From the IMG/VR virus record IMGVR_UViG_3300035199_001057, positions 25,131-89,130 of that record: a stretch of 64,000 nt of DNA; one strand, given 5' to 3'. A program made the position numbers and the translations under genes. Shown here piece after piece: positions 30,101 to 39,337 of the stretch. The notes under the pieces were generated by a model that was given only the letters and a program-made list of their open reading frames with translations, ran no database searches and had not been told where the DNA came from. This stretch comes from a virus. Every line of letters starts with the position of its first letter. Within the stretch, counting starts at the first letter, position 1.

Positions 30101-31065
30101 TATGAATTTTCCCAAATTTTAATGTCATTCAGGACCATTTTGCGTACCATCTCTTCAAAAGAAACTTTGGGCGCCCATCCTAGGGCTTTCTGAGCCTTGG
30201 CCGCACTGCCCACCAAAACATCTACCTCGGCCGGGCGCATGTGTCGCGGGTCTTGTTGAACATACTGTTGCCAATTTTCTATGCCAACGCAGTGAAAAGC
30301 CGCTTTTAGAAAATCTCTTACAGAGTGGGTTTCGCCGGTCGCGATCACATAATCATCCGGTTTAGGCTGCTGCAGCATCATCCACATCGCTTCGACGTAA
30401 TCGGGCGCATAGCCCCAGTCGCGCTTCGCATCTACGTTTCCTAAAGAGATATGGTCTGCTATGCCTAAATGAATTTTGGCGACCCCATCGGAAATCTTTC
30501 GCGTGACGAACTCTATACCGCGGCGCTCTGATTCATGGTTAAACAAAATTCCGCTGCAGGCGTAGACACCGTAAGACTCTCTATAATTTTTAGTTATCCA
30601 GTGGCCATAAACTTTAGCGACGCCATAAGGACTACGCGGGTAAAATCGAGTAGTTTCAGTCTGGGGCGTCTCCGTGACTTTTCCAAACATTTCGGAAGTT
30701 GAAGCCTGATAGAATCGAACTGGTTTATCGTAGGCGCGCACAGCTTCGAGCATTCGCAAGACACCTAATGCGTCAACGTCGCCAGTAGCTTCTGGGGAGT
30801 TCCAGCTTTCCCCTACAAAGGACATGGCGCCGAGATTATAAATTTCATCGGGTTGTGCCATTTGGATACACCGCAATAAAGAGTTTTGGTCAGTCAAATC
30901 CCCGTTAATAAAGGTTATTTTCCCCTCTAGGTGCTTTGTATTAACTCTGTTTTTGGTGGAGGAGCGACGCTCCATACCATAAATCTTATAATCCTTGGTT
31001 AATAAAAAATCAGCCAAGTAGCTTCCGTCTTGGCCATTAACGCCTGTAATCAATGCTGTTTTCAA
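30100..31065 (-). CDS. gmd: GDP-mannose 4,6-dehydratase
   Basis: ITGVNGQDGSYLA, YQASTSEMFG, PRSPYGVAK, GILFNHES, RDWGYA. Confidence 0.96.
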   Translation of the reverse strand: MKTALITGVNGQDGSYLADFLLTKDYKIYGMERRSSTKNRVNTKHLEGKITFINGDLTDQNSLLRCIQMAQPDEIYNLGAMSFVGESWNSPEATGDVDALGVLRMLEAVRAYDKPVRFYQASTSEMFGKVTETPQTETTRFYPRSPYGVAKVYGHWITKNYRESYGVYACSGILFNHESERRGIEFVTRKISDGVAKIHLGIADHISLGNVDAKRDWGYAPDYVEAMWMMLQQPKPDDYVIATGETHSVRDFLKAAFHCVGIENWQQYVQQDPRHMRPAEVDVLVGSAAKAQKALGWAPKVSFEEMVRKMVLNDIKIWENS

Positions 31066-31093
31066 GTTGCCTCCCCAGATGTTTTATAGACCA

Positions 31094-31795
31094 TTATCCG
31101 TATACTCTTTGATAGTCCAATTTAGCCTGGTCTAGTTTGTTGTCGATACCTTGGGCCTTGGCGTCTTCAAACAAGCCGACGCCTGCGTAGTGTATAATAT
31201 GGGAATCAAACCGGCTTGGCCCTCCATTCCAGTCTTGCGAAAACATGGTCATGTGATTAAATTTGTAGCCTAAGTCGTTGATCTCAAAGCCATTCTTTTT
31301 AATTAGATACCCTATATGTACATCATCGCTGCCCCAGTCAGTCCAATATTCCCCGTTGATTTTCGTATAAATCTCTCGATGTTCTTTGGATGTAACGAAA
31401 ACGCCAGTATTTATATATTCCCGATTCCAGCCAATAGCGCCAAATTTTTGCTGCGCAAGATAGATGCTCTGCAGGCGCGCATGCTGGCGAGGGCCTTTAT
31501 CCTCGCAACACGTGCCAATTTCATCGGGGTCTACAACTTCAAAAAGATTAGGGCAGTTTGGCATAATCAAGGTATCCGTATCTATATGTAAAATTCTATC
31601 ATATTCCTCATGAAGCTCATAATGCTTCATGATACGATAATGCCAGCGGCCGTCGCCAACATCGCAATCAGTAACATAATCAATCACCTGAAAATCGGCG
31701 CCAACTTTCGCGGCGTACTCTTTTAGGAGAGGATGAGTTAAGGCAACCCAATCGGGAATTCGATTGTCTGCGCGCGTAGTTATTAATAATTTCAT
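31094..31795 (-). CDS. Glycosyltransferase, GT-A fold (GT8/GT34-like)
   Basis: YDRILHIDTD (DxD), INTGVFV, IIHYAG. Confidence 0.8.
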   Translation of the reverse strand: MKLLITTRADNRIPDWVALTHPLLKEYAAKVGADFQVIDYVTDCDVGDGRWHYRIMKHYELHEEYDRILHIDTDTLIMPNCPNLFEVVDPDEIGTCCEDKGPRQHARLQSIYLAQQKFGAIGWNREYINTGVFVTSKEHREIYTKINGEYWTDWGSDDVHIGYLIKKNGFEINDLGYKFNHMTMFSQDWNGGPSRFDSHIIHYAGVGLFEDAKAQGIDNKLDQAKLDYQRVYG

Positions 31796-33231
31796 TTTTT
31801 AATCTTTTCTTGAGGAATACAAATATATTCTCCCCACTTGGTTAAAGAAGGTACGCGCTGGCCGAAATCATTGTAAACATTATAGCCTAGCCTATCAAAC
31901 GTTTCAAAATCAAAACCTCCATCTTCGGGCTTGACAAAACCGGGATAGCCTTCATATGATATATCCATTCCTGCATGGAAACCTATTTGCCATATAGGTC
32001 TTACGTTTTCAAGAATATTTTTCATTCCAAAAAGGGCTAAAGTTTCCATGCCCTCGATGTCCAACTTCACAAAATCAGGAGGTTTTATATTGTTTTCTTT
32101 TACATAATCATCAAAAACAACATATGAAATTTTTCTGGCCACGGGATCATCATCAGTACAATCATTAAATTTAGTCGTTACTACTTTTTTCTCGTTATTC
32201 AAAGCACATAAATATAATTCAATATTATACGGTTCACAGTTTTTCTTGGCCCGGTCGAAATTATCCGGAAAACCCTCAAAAGCAGATACTTCCATTCCTT
32301 CTAAGGCCATCGTGATGCCAAAAGTTCCAATATAAGCGCCGATATCGTACACAACGCTTCCGGGTTTAATTAACCTTAGTATTTTATCAAAATTGTGATC
32401 GGCTCTTCTATATAAATTTCCTTGAAGAATATATCTATCAATGTTATTGCCGGATGCAAAAAGATCATAAAATTTAATGTCATGACCCTTATAGTTAACT
32501 GTCGCATCCTTTTTTTGAATTGAAGGAAGAGTGGCGTGGTTATATCCAAAAAACTCTGAATAGGGTCTTAGGTCTTCGAAAAGCGCGGCTACATCCACTT
32601 TACATTTGCGCCAGTCGGCAAAAAACTCATCATAAATTTGATATTTTCGTTTATATAAACCTACTTGGCTTTTATCAAGCGTCTTATAGCGCCACCCCTT
32701 TTGAACAGTGCGATATCTTCCTATAAAATTATTCATATTTTCGTTGTAAGGTATTTCACAAAATTGGCACACCTCTTTAACTGTGTCATGAAATTCTAGG
32801 ATTATATCCTCCATTTTAATTAACTTTATTCTTTCCGGATAATTTTCCGTAATATGGACATAAACTTGTTTCATCCACTCAATATCTTCTAAGCAGCCCT
32901 GGTGTGTGGCGTCGTCTGCTAATCCGTAAGATGGGCCTTCATGGCCGGGTTGACCGCGGTAGATTTTAGACAAAGCCATATCTCTAGGGTCTCGTATTGT
33001 CCACAAGATTTTCATTTTCGGATTGTTGTCTAAAAAGGCACTAACCTGTTCTACATTATCGATATATACTGTATCACACTTGCTTAAATAATTCTCATAA
33101 ACCAATTGACCTCTACGTACCACTTGTTTATCTTCAGCCATAGGAGTAGCTTCAAGTTCCGGAGAGCCACGTAAAATTTCTAATAACATATTGGTGCCAG
33201 TTCGGCCACAACTTAAAACTAAAACACTCAT
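31792..33231 (-). CDS. Sulfotransferase + FkbM methyltransferase fusion
   Basis: SCGRTGTNML (5'-PSB) and IRDPRDMALS (3'-PB); C-terminal DIGAYIG, KLDIEGME. Confidence 0.85.
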   Translation of the reverse strand: MSVLVLSCGRTGTNMLLEILRGSPELEATPMAEDKQVVRRGQLVYENYLSKCDTVYIDNVEQVSAFLDNNPKMKILWTIRDPRDMALSKIYRGQPGHEGPSYGLADDATHQGCLEDIEWMKQVYVHITENYPERIKLIKMEDIILEFHDTVKEVCQFCEIPYNENMNNFIGRYRTVQKGWRYKTLDKSQVGLYKRKYQIYDEFFADWRKCKVDVAALFEDLRPYSEFFGYNHATLPSIQKKDATVNYKGHDIKFYDLFASGNNIDRYILQGNLYRRADHNFDKILRLIKPGSVVYDIGAYIGTFGITMALEGMEVSAFEGFPDNFDRAKKNCEPYNIELYLCALNNEKKVVTTKFNDCTDDDPVARKISYVVFDDYVKENNIKPPDFVKLDIEGMETLALFGMKNILENVRPIWQIGFHAGMDISYEGYPGFVKPEDGGFDFETFDRLGYNVYNDFGQRVPSLTKWGEYICIPQEKIKK

Positions 33232-33233
33232 TT

Positions 33234-33956
33234 TTAATCCCCCTTATACACTGCCCAATTCGTCTCATGATACGAACCCATGGTACCCGCATCAGACCAC
33301 TTACCCTCTAATATATCAAATGAACAAATGTCCTCTCCGATGAAAAAATTGTTTACAGTAGAGATTTCATATTCGCCACGATCGGAGCGCTTTATTTTAT
33401 CGATAACATCAAACACTTTATTACTGTAAAAATATATGCCTATACATGCTAAATTTGTTTGCGGCTTAAGTGGCTTTTCGTCAACACGAATTAGTCTATC
33501 TTTTTTAAACACTCCTACTCCATATCTACGCGGGTCCGCAACGCGTTTAAAAAATAATCTACATTCTTCATTACTAATTTTAAAGCTTGTTACATAAGAT
33601 TTTAAACTATCTTTAAAGATATTATCACCCAAAATTACTGCACACGTGTCATCACCAACAAAATCTCTACAAAGTTGTAATGCGCCAGCAATCCCATCAG
33701 GTTCATCTTGTACTCTATAAGTAAAGGAGCATCCATATTCTTTGCCGCTGCCGAGGAGAGTCATGATATTTCCGCAATGTTCTACTCCAGTGATTATCAT
33801 TATATCTTCAATTCCAGCTTCAACAAGCTTGCGTATTGGATGGTTAATCATAGGCTCTCCACCTAAAGGTAGAAGATGCTTGTTTGTTACCTTTGTAAGA
33901 GGATACAATCTGGTACCCTTCCCTCCAGCTAAAATAATTCCTTTAATTTTTCTCAT
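33234..33956 (-). CDS. rfbA: Glucose-1-phosphate thymidylyltransferase
   Basis: GIILAGGKGTRLYPLT..NKHLLP, LGDN, EKP, RGEYEI, WSDAGT. Confidence 0.93.
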   Translation of the reverse strand: MRKIKGIILAGGKGTRLYPLTKVTNKHLLPLGGEPMINHPIRKLVEAGIEDIMIITGVEHCGNIMTLLGSGKEYGCSFTYRVQDEPDGIAGALQLCRDFVGDDTCAVILGDNIFKDSLKSYVTSFKISNEECRLFFKRVADPRRYGVGVFKKDRLIRVDEKPLKPQTNLACIGIYFYSNKVFDVIDKIKRSDRGEYEISTVNNFFIGEDICSFDILEGKWSDAGTMGSYHETNWAVYKGD

Positions 33957-34896
33957 AATACCATTCTATTGTTTTTTTAATCCCCTCGGAAAAAGTACTT
34001 TTAGGCTCCCATGCTAGCTCTAATAAAATTTTTGTATTATCAATAGCATATCTAAAATCATGCCCCAGGCGATCTGTGACATACTCAATATATTCATCCG
34101 GATGGACATCCATTAGGCCGCATATGGTTGTTATTACATCAATATTTCTTTTTTCGCAATTCGAACCAATACAATAAGTTTCTCCTAAATTTCCATTAAT
34201 AAAGACATCCCACACACCTTCACAGTGATCTTTTACATAAATCCAATCTCTTACATTTACACCTTTACCATAAAGAGGGATCTTCTCTTTGCTTAAAATG
34301 GAACTTATAACAGTGGGGATAAATTTTTCTTTGTGCTGCCGCGGCCCATAGTTATTAGAGCAATTGGAAATCGTAATAGGCAGCTTAAATGTATGAAAAT
34401 ATGATTTAACGAGAAAATCAGAAGAAGCTTTAGAGGCTGAGTAGGGATTATGTGGGTTATATGGAGTTGTTTCGCTAAATTTGCCCGTTGGTCCCAGATC
34501 TCCATATACCTCATCCGTGGAAACATGATGAAATCTAATCACATCAGAAGCACGTGCGACCTTAAGCAGGTTGAACGTTCCTACAATATTGCTTTGTATA
34601 AAAACATCAGGATCTGTAATTGAATTATCTACATGACTCTCTGCCGCTAAATGAACCACATGAGTTATCTTGTGTCTTGTAAAAACATCAGCTAACTCGT
34701 CTAAAGAACATAAATTTACTTTTTCAAAAAAATATTTCTCATCATTCGAAAAGTCTTCTGTATTCTTAAGGTTGCCGGCATAAGTAAGGGCATCTAAATT
34801 TACTACTCTAGACACAGCGTTTCTTTTGGTTTGCAATACCATTTCTATAAAATTCGAACCAATAAACCCGGATCCGCCTGTTACCAATAAGTTCAA
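33943..34896 (-). CDS. rfbB: dTDP-glucose 4,6-dehydratase
   Basis: TGGSGFIGS, LTYAGN, AAESHVDNS, VSTDEVYG, YSASK, SNNYGP, RDWIYV, GHDFRYA. Confidence 0.96.
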   Translation of the reverse strand: MNLLVTGGSGFIGSNFIEMVLQTKRNAVSRVVNLDALTYAGNLKNTEDFSNDEKYFFEKVNLCSLDELADVFTRHKITHVVHLAAESHVDNSITDPDVFIQSNIVGTFNLLKVARASDVIRFHHVSTDEVYGDLGPTGKFSETTPYNPHNPYSASKASSDFLVKSYFHTFKLPITISNCSNNYGPRQHKEKFIPTVISSILSKEKIPLYGKGVNVRDWIYVKDHCEGVWDVFINGNLGETYCIGSNCEKRNIDVITTICGLMDVHPDEYIEYVTDRLGHDFRYAIDNTKILLELAWEPKSTFSEGIKKTIEWYYEKN

Positions 34897-34950
34897 TATA
34901 ACCTCGCCTTACAGTTTTTTATAATACTTTATATTGCTTAAATCTTTAAA

Positions 34951-35886
34951 TTAATTTTTGAGCTTTTCAATAAAAGCAATTCTTTCTAGAACATCAGAAC
35001 CATATGATATTTTTTTATCAATGCGTTCAGAAAACACGTTTAACATGTTAACAAAATGATCTTCTTTCGCCGTCGGGTGCTTTACACAATTTCCATTAGA
35101 CCAGACTTCAATAGGTAGTTCACATTGAGAAGGGCGCGTAAATACTCTACTTGCCTTTAAAATGCCCTTGGTGCCCCACGCTATTATTTCATTACGATAC
35201 GCATGCCCCAAGCCATAAGAAATATTTGCTATTGAGTTGGGGTACTTAAATTGTATATATCCTCTTTCGTCCACGCCGGTTCTTTCATCATAAAAATTAC
35301 AATGTGATATATCAAGGTGGCTAGTTCCCAAAATTGAGAATACAAAACTAAGTGGATATATCAAACAGTCCAACATTGCGCCGCCGCCTAATTCTTTAAA
35401 ATAGCGAATATTTTTTTTATCATCAAAATGCGGAAAACCAAAATGAGCTTCAAGACATTTTATTTTTCCAACATGTGTTGATAAGGTTTTTATTTGTTTT
35501 TGTATTGGATGGAACTCGTACATTAGCGCCTCCATACAACATAATTTCTTTTCTAGCGCTAGTTGAAAAAGCTCATTAGCTTGAGAGTGAGTTTCCGTAA
35601 AGGTTTTTTCCATCAAAAGGTGCTTTCCCGATTCAAGTACTTTCTTGCCCCACTCATAATGCAGCCCTACCGGTAAAGAAACATATATAGCCTCTACATC
35701 GCTACTTAACAACTCTTCATAAGAAAAAGCTGCCGTGTAATTTTCTTGCGCTTGTGCGGTTGCCTTTGTGGCGTCTCTCGAAGCTATGCCAGAAAGTACA
35801 AAACTATTACATTCTTTAATAGCCGGAATTACAGATCTTTTAGCAATTGAGGAACACCCCAGTATACCAATTTTTTTGTTTTGCAT
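34951..35886 (-). CDS. Gfo/Idh/MocA oxidoreductase, probable dTDP-3,4-diketo-2,6-dideoxyhexose 3-reductase
   Basis: GILGCSSIAKRSVIP, HLLMEK, NIRY..ELGGGAMLD..IYP; adjacent to the 2,3-dehydratase. Confidence 0.85.
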   Translation of the reverse strand: MQNKKIGILGCSSIAKRSVIPAIKECNSFVLSGIASRDATKATAQAQENYTAAFSYEELLSSDVEAIYVSLPVGLHYEWGKKVLESGKHLLMEKTFTETHSQANELFQLALEKKLCCMEALMYEFHPIQKQIKTLSTHVGKIKCLEAHFGFPHFDDKKNIRYFKELGGGAMLDCLIYPLSFVFSILGTSHLDISHCNFYDERTGVDERGYIQFKYPNSIANISYGLGHAYRNEIIAWGTKGILKASRVFTRPSQCELPIEVWSNGNCVKHPTAKEDHFVNMLNVFSERIDKKISYGSDVLERIAFIEKLKN

Positions 35887-35887
35887 T

Positions 35888-37291
35888 CTAAGCTTCTTTA
35901 TAATACGACGCCAAAGTTAACAAAGTTCGTGATTCTATGTTAACACTACATTCGTAAGAAGTCATTTTTTTTAATTGGTAGAGGGTAATCCATTTATGCC
36001 GATCAGACACGCTAACACTAGAATCTTTATCCAATTTTATGAGCATATATCGATTCTTTTGCTCCATAAAACGGCCGCCCTCTTCTGATTGAAAGCAGTC
36101 ATAAAAGAGGTGACTTTTTTCATCTTTAACCCCAAATTTGCTCAACTCCTTTTTCAAGGAAAATGTGTTGGAATCCAATGAATGAAAAGATGGGCCCAAT
36201 TCAGCCCCATTCCAACTAAAATCTTCTTCAACTAGTTGAACAAGGACATGAAGAACATTGTTGAACTCTTTCAATAAAAAACCATACACTTTTGGTATGT
36301 TATCTCTAACTATTGGCTGACACCATGAAGATACTTCACGTGAACCAATAGAAGCTTTAACACCTACAAGCTCAAAATTTTTGTTTTCCTCGTGACATAG
36401 GCTTTGATCGGACATTTTCCAACCATGCTTGTATAATTTCGCCAGTGGTACCAGTTTGTGTTCAATTCGCTTATTATCTTTTGCTGCTAGCAGCCATTCC
36501 CGAATGAAGCTAAGTGAATGTAGCGCATCGTGATCTGAGAGAGAAGAAAATAAAAGCTGTAATTCTAAAGAGGTAAACTTAGTCCTAATGCCTTGAGCGC
36601 CCTCGATTAACTCATCGCGCGAAATTGATCTGTCAAAAAAATCAATTGTTGCCAACACAGAACGCGTGTCCATATTAATACAATGTTCTTTGGATAGCAT
36701 GTGTCTGATATCATTTAAGGTTAACCAAGCAAACTTGTTGTCTATTATAGTTATCTCATCATCACTGGCGTGTACATTATCATTGGCCTTTTTATAAAAC
36801 TTATACCCGTGCTCCGACTGATATCCTCGTGATTTTATTTTTGGAGAGCCGTCTAAAAAGCTTTCGATATAAGCTACGCTTTTTCCCTTATGTGCTCCAG
36901 TATAATTGCTTTTAGTGGCTTGAACGGTTGGGGAATACTGAACGCTATCTAAATTACCGGGTTCGATTTTCGCCTGTAAAAGAAGCTCTATCTGCCCCTC
37001 ATTAATGCGCGAAACAATTCCTAGTATTCCTTGTTCTGGTTGATCGATTACTGGTTGATATCGCGTAATCCCTAATTCTTTATCAACAGCTCTTGCCCCT
37101 CGGATGCTAAAAAACTTTCCACTTTGGTGTGAAATAGCCTCATTGGGGAAATAATTCCATTTTTCCATTTCATCAAAATCGATTCTTAAAATGTTAACCT
37201 GCAGGGAGCGCCGGTAACGTTCTAAAGCAGAAAATAAGTTGTCTTCATTCACATCACTCAAATAACTTTTTAAAAATTGATCAAAGATCAA
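35888..37291 (-). CDS. NDP-hexose 2,3-dehydratase (two-domain)
   Basis: HQSGKFFSI.G, QPVIDQPEQGILG, LLQAKIEPGN, SPTVQATKSNY, QSEEGGRF..QKNRY, NIESRTL. Confidence 0.93.
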   Translation of the reverse strand: MIFDQFLKSYLSDVNEDNLFSALERYRRSLQVNILRIDFDEMEKWNYFPNEAISHQSGKFFSIRGARAVDKELGITRYQPVIDQPEQGILGIVSRINEGQIELLLQAKIEPGNLDSVQYSPTVQATKSNYTGAHKGKSVAYIESFLDGSPKIKSRGYQSEHGYKFYKKANDNVHASDDEITIIDNKFAWLTLNDIRHMLSKEHCINMDTRSVLATIDFFDRSISRDELIEGAQGIRTKFTSLELQLLFSSLSDHDALHSLSFIREWLLAAKDNKRIEHKLVPLAKLYKHGWKMSDQSLCHEENKNFELVGVKASIGSREVSSWCQPIVRDNIPKVYGFLLKEFNNVLHVLVQLVEEDFSWNGAELGPSFHSLDSNTFSLKKELSKFGVKDEKSHLFYDCFQSEEGGRFMEQKNRYMLIKLDKDSSVSVSDRHKWITLYQLKKMTSYECSVNIESRTLLTLASYYKEA

Positions 37292-37295
37292 AATT

Positions 37296-38642
37296 TTATT
37301 CTCCGGCGCTTTGAATTGATTTTATATTGGCACCAATTGGAGTAGACGTCGATTGTTTCTCTAGCTCTCTCATATCTCCAAAACCACCGACCTGTGAAGA
37401 ATCTTCCTGCCGCTCACACAGAAGTAAATCATATTTAGTTTTAAAATAAGCCTGTTGCGATTTCAGTTCAATATTGGTGAAATGCTCCGTATACCAAAAG
37501 TTGTTGGAGTACTCGTCCGCAAGCTCCCAGTCCACATCTTTGTGGGCCACTGGGTCGTAAAAATTAGTTCCCGGATAAGGGCACAAAATGGTGAACCCTA
37601 CGACATCCGGCTTAATTTCATCGATAAGTTGCTCTGTTAACAGGAGATCTTCGCGAGTCTCGTTGGGCATTCCAAATAGGAAAAAGCCGCGGCGCTCGAC
37701 ACCATATTTTTTGGCCCATTCAAAAACATTACGTATAGTTTTAGTTTTAAGACCTTTGCCGATTTGCTTTAATATTCTATCGCTTCCACTTTCGCATCCA
37801 ATGTTCACCTGATGACACTGAGATTTTTTAAGCCACTTGAACATCTCCTCGCTGGCGAAGCTCGCGTGAATCAAGCACTCCCATTCTGTGGTGATTCCTC
37901 TTTTGATCTTCTCCTTACAAAACTCGATTACAAAGTTAGCAGAAATATCGAAAGTGGCGTCAACAAATTTAAAATAATTCAAGTCCAATTGCTCGATTAC
38001 GTGTTCGATTTCATCGCACATTTCACTGACATCTCGTGACCTAATAGGATTGTTCCTCTTGTGAAATCGACCCGAGATAATTCTTTCCGCGCAAAAAGCG
38101 CAATTGACCGGGCAAACTCGGTTACATTGAAAAGATGCGATCCGCTTGCCATTCATTGACTCACACAGATCTACTGTGCGGTGGTTTTTAATGACTTCTC
38201 GATCAGGCCATGGCAATTCTTGCATTGGGGGTTTTGTTCCCGGGATAATGGGATCCGTGAAATTTCCACTTACGAGTTGAAAGAAAGATTCTTCGCCTTC
38301 ACCTAGTATAACATGGTCAATAGCGTCATGAGAAATACACTCTTCTGGAAGCGCCGTGGGGTGATAACCTCCAACCACTGTGCGTGTTTGGGGGCTTTTT
38401 TCCTTGATCATTTGCGCCAGACGCAATGCGTGAGGCCATGCGGGAGAGGTACATGAAAATCCAACAACGTGAGCGTCCGCGCATGCTTCAATAATAGTTT
38501 CGTCCGTATCAAAATTACCTTGATAACACTGGAGGTCGAGATCTCCCACATAATGTTTTTTAAGATAAGAGGCTATAAAGCCTAGGCCAATTGGCTCCCA
38601 TATATTCTCATAATAAGGTTGTACTAATATTACTTTTTTCAT
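37296..38642 (-). CDS. Cobalamin-binding radical SAM enzyme (class B methyltransferase-like)
   Basis: PIGLGFIASYL, VGFS, GGYHPT, GEGE, CPVNCAFC, GCESGS, GMPNET. Confidence 0.92.
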   Translation of the reverse strand: MKKVILVQPYYENIWEPIGLGFIASYLKKHYVGDLDLQCYQGNFDTDETIIEACADAHVVGFSCTSPAWPHALRLAQMIKEKSPQTRTVVGGYHPTALPEECISHDAIDHVILGEGEESFFQLVSGNFTDPIIPGTKPPMQELPWPDREVIKNHRTVDLCESMNGKRIASFQCNRVCPVNCAFCAERIISGRFHKRNNPIRSRDVSEMCDEIEHVIEQLDLNYFKFVDATFDISANFVIEFCKEKIKRGITTEWECLIHASFASEEMFKWLKKSQCHQVNIGCESGSDRILKQIGKGLKTKTIRNVFEWAKKYGVERRGFFLFGMPNETREDLLLTEQLIDEIKPDVVGFTILCPYPGTNFYDPVAHKDVDWELADEYSNNFWYTEHFTNIELKSQQAYFKTKYDLLLCERQEDSSQVGGFGDMRELEKQSTSTPIGANIKSIQSAGE

Positions 38643-39274
38643 CTGTTTGCCTCGGTATACACTTTATACTTAGAGAGATCTTGATATTCTATAGCCAAAT
38701 CTTCATTATCGTCTTTTATGCCCAGCATCAATGTGGCGCCCTTTGCTGCTATCTCAGGAAGCATATAATAATTCCAACCAAGCATGTCAAATTTTTCTTC
38801 TAAATGGCCGAGACCTTCGCGGCGGCCAAAATATGAGGCTCTTATGAACCATTCATAAGCATCCTTATTATCAGTCAATATCATTCCTCCTTTGCCACAC
38901 TTTAAAAACTTATTAGGGCCGCTAAAAGATAAACAATGGAATTGGCCCGGTATATACATATTTTTTTTAAAGGTTAGCGCGCTGTCCCAAATAGGAAAGG
39001 GCTCTAATTGATATTGACCCTTTAACTTTTTACCTATAATCGCATGGTGTTCTTGATCAAATTTAACCTTATTCCCGGCATGAATAATAGCACATGGCAC
39101 AGACATAAAAGTTCTTGCCGGGATGGTGATCTCTTCACCTTCTATTTTTAAATATTTCATACAAAGAAATAAAGCGTTGGTCGCATTATCAACCGCTACA
39201 GCATAGGGCGCACCGCTATATTCAGCTACGATCTCTTCAAACATTCTTATAACTTTATAGGGATTGTGTTTCAT
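38639..39274 (-). CDS. DegT/DnrJ/EryC1-family sugar aminotransferase (short form)
   Basis: AVDNATNAL, TFMSV, WDSA, SFSGPNKFLKCGKGGMI, GWNY. Confidence 0.85.
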   Translation of the reverse strand: MKHNPYKVIRMFEEIVAEYSGAPYAVAVDNATNALFLCMKYLKIEGEEITIPARTFMSVPCAIIHAGNKVKFDQEHHAIIGKKLKGQYQLEPFPIWDSALTFKKNMYIPGQFHCLSFSGPNKFLKCGKGGMILTDNKDAYEWFIRASYFGRREGLGHLEEKFDMLGWNYYMLPEIAAKGATLMLGIKDDNEDLAIEYQDLSKYKVYTEANR

Positions 39275-39297
39275 TATTTTTTCTTTTGTGTGTAGTC

Positions 39298-39326
39298 ATT
39301 ATATCACTTTTTTTATTTTTTTTCAA
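39298..39326 (-). promoter_or_regulatory. sigma70-type promoter TTGAAA-17-TATAAT with extended -10 TG
   Basis: Minus strand TTGAAA aaaaataaaaaaagtga TATAAT in the gap upstream of the aminotransferase. Confidence 0.75.
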
Positions 39327-39337
39327 GTAAGTCAAGA

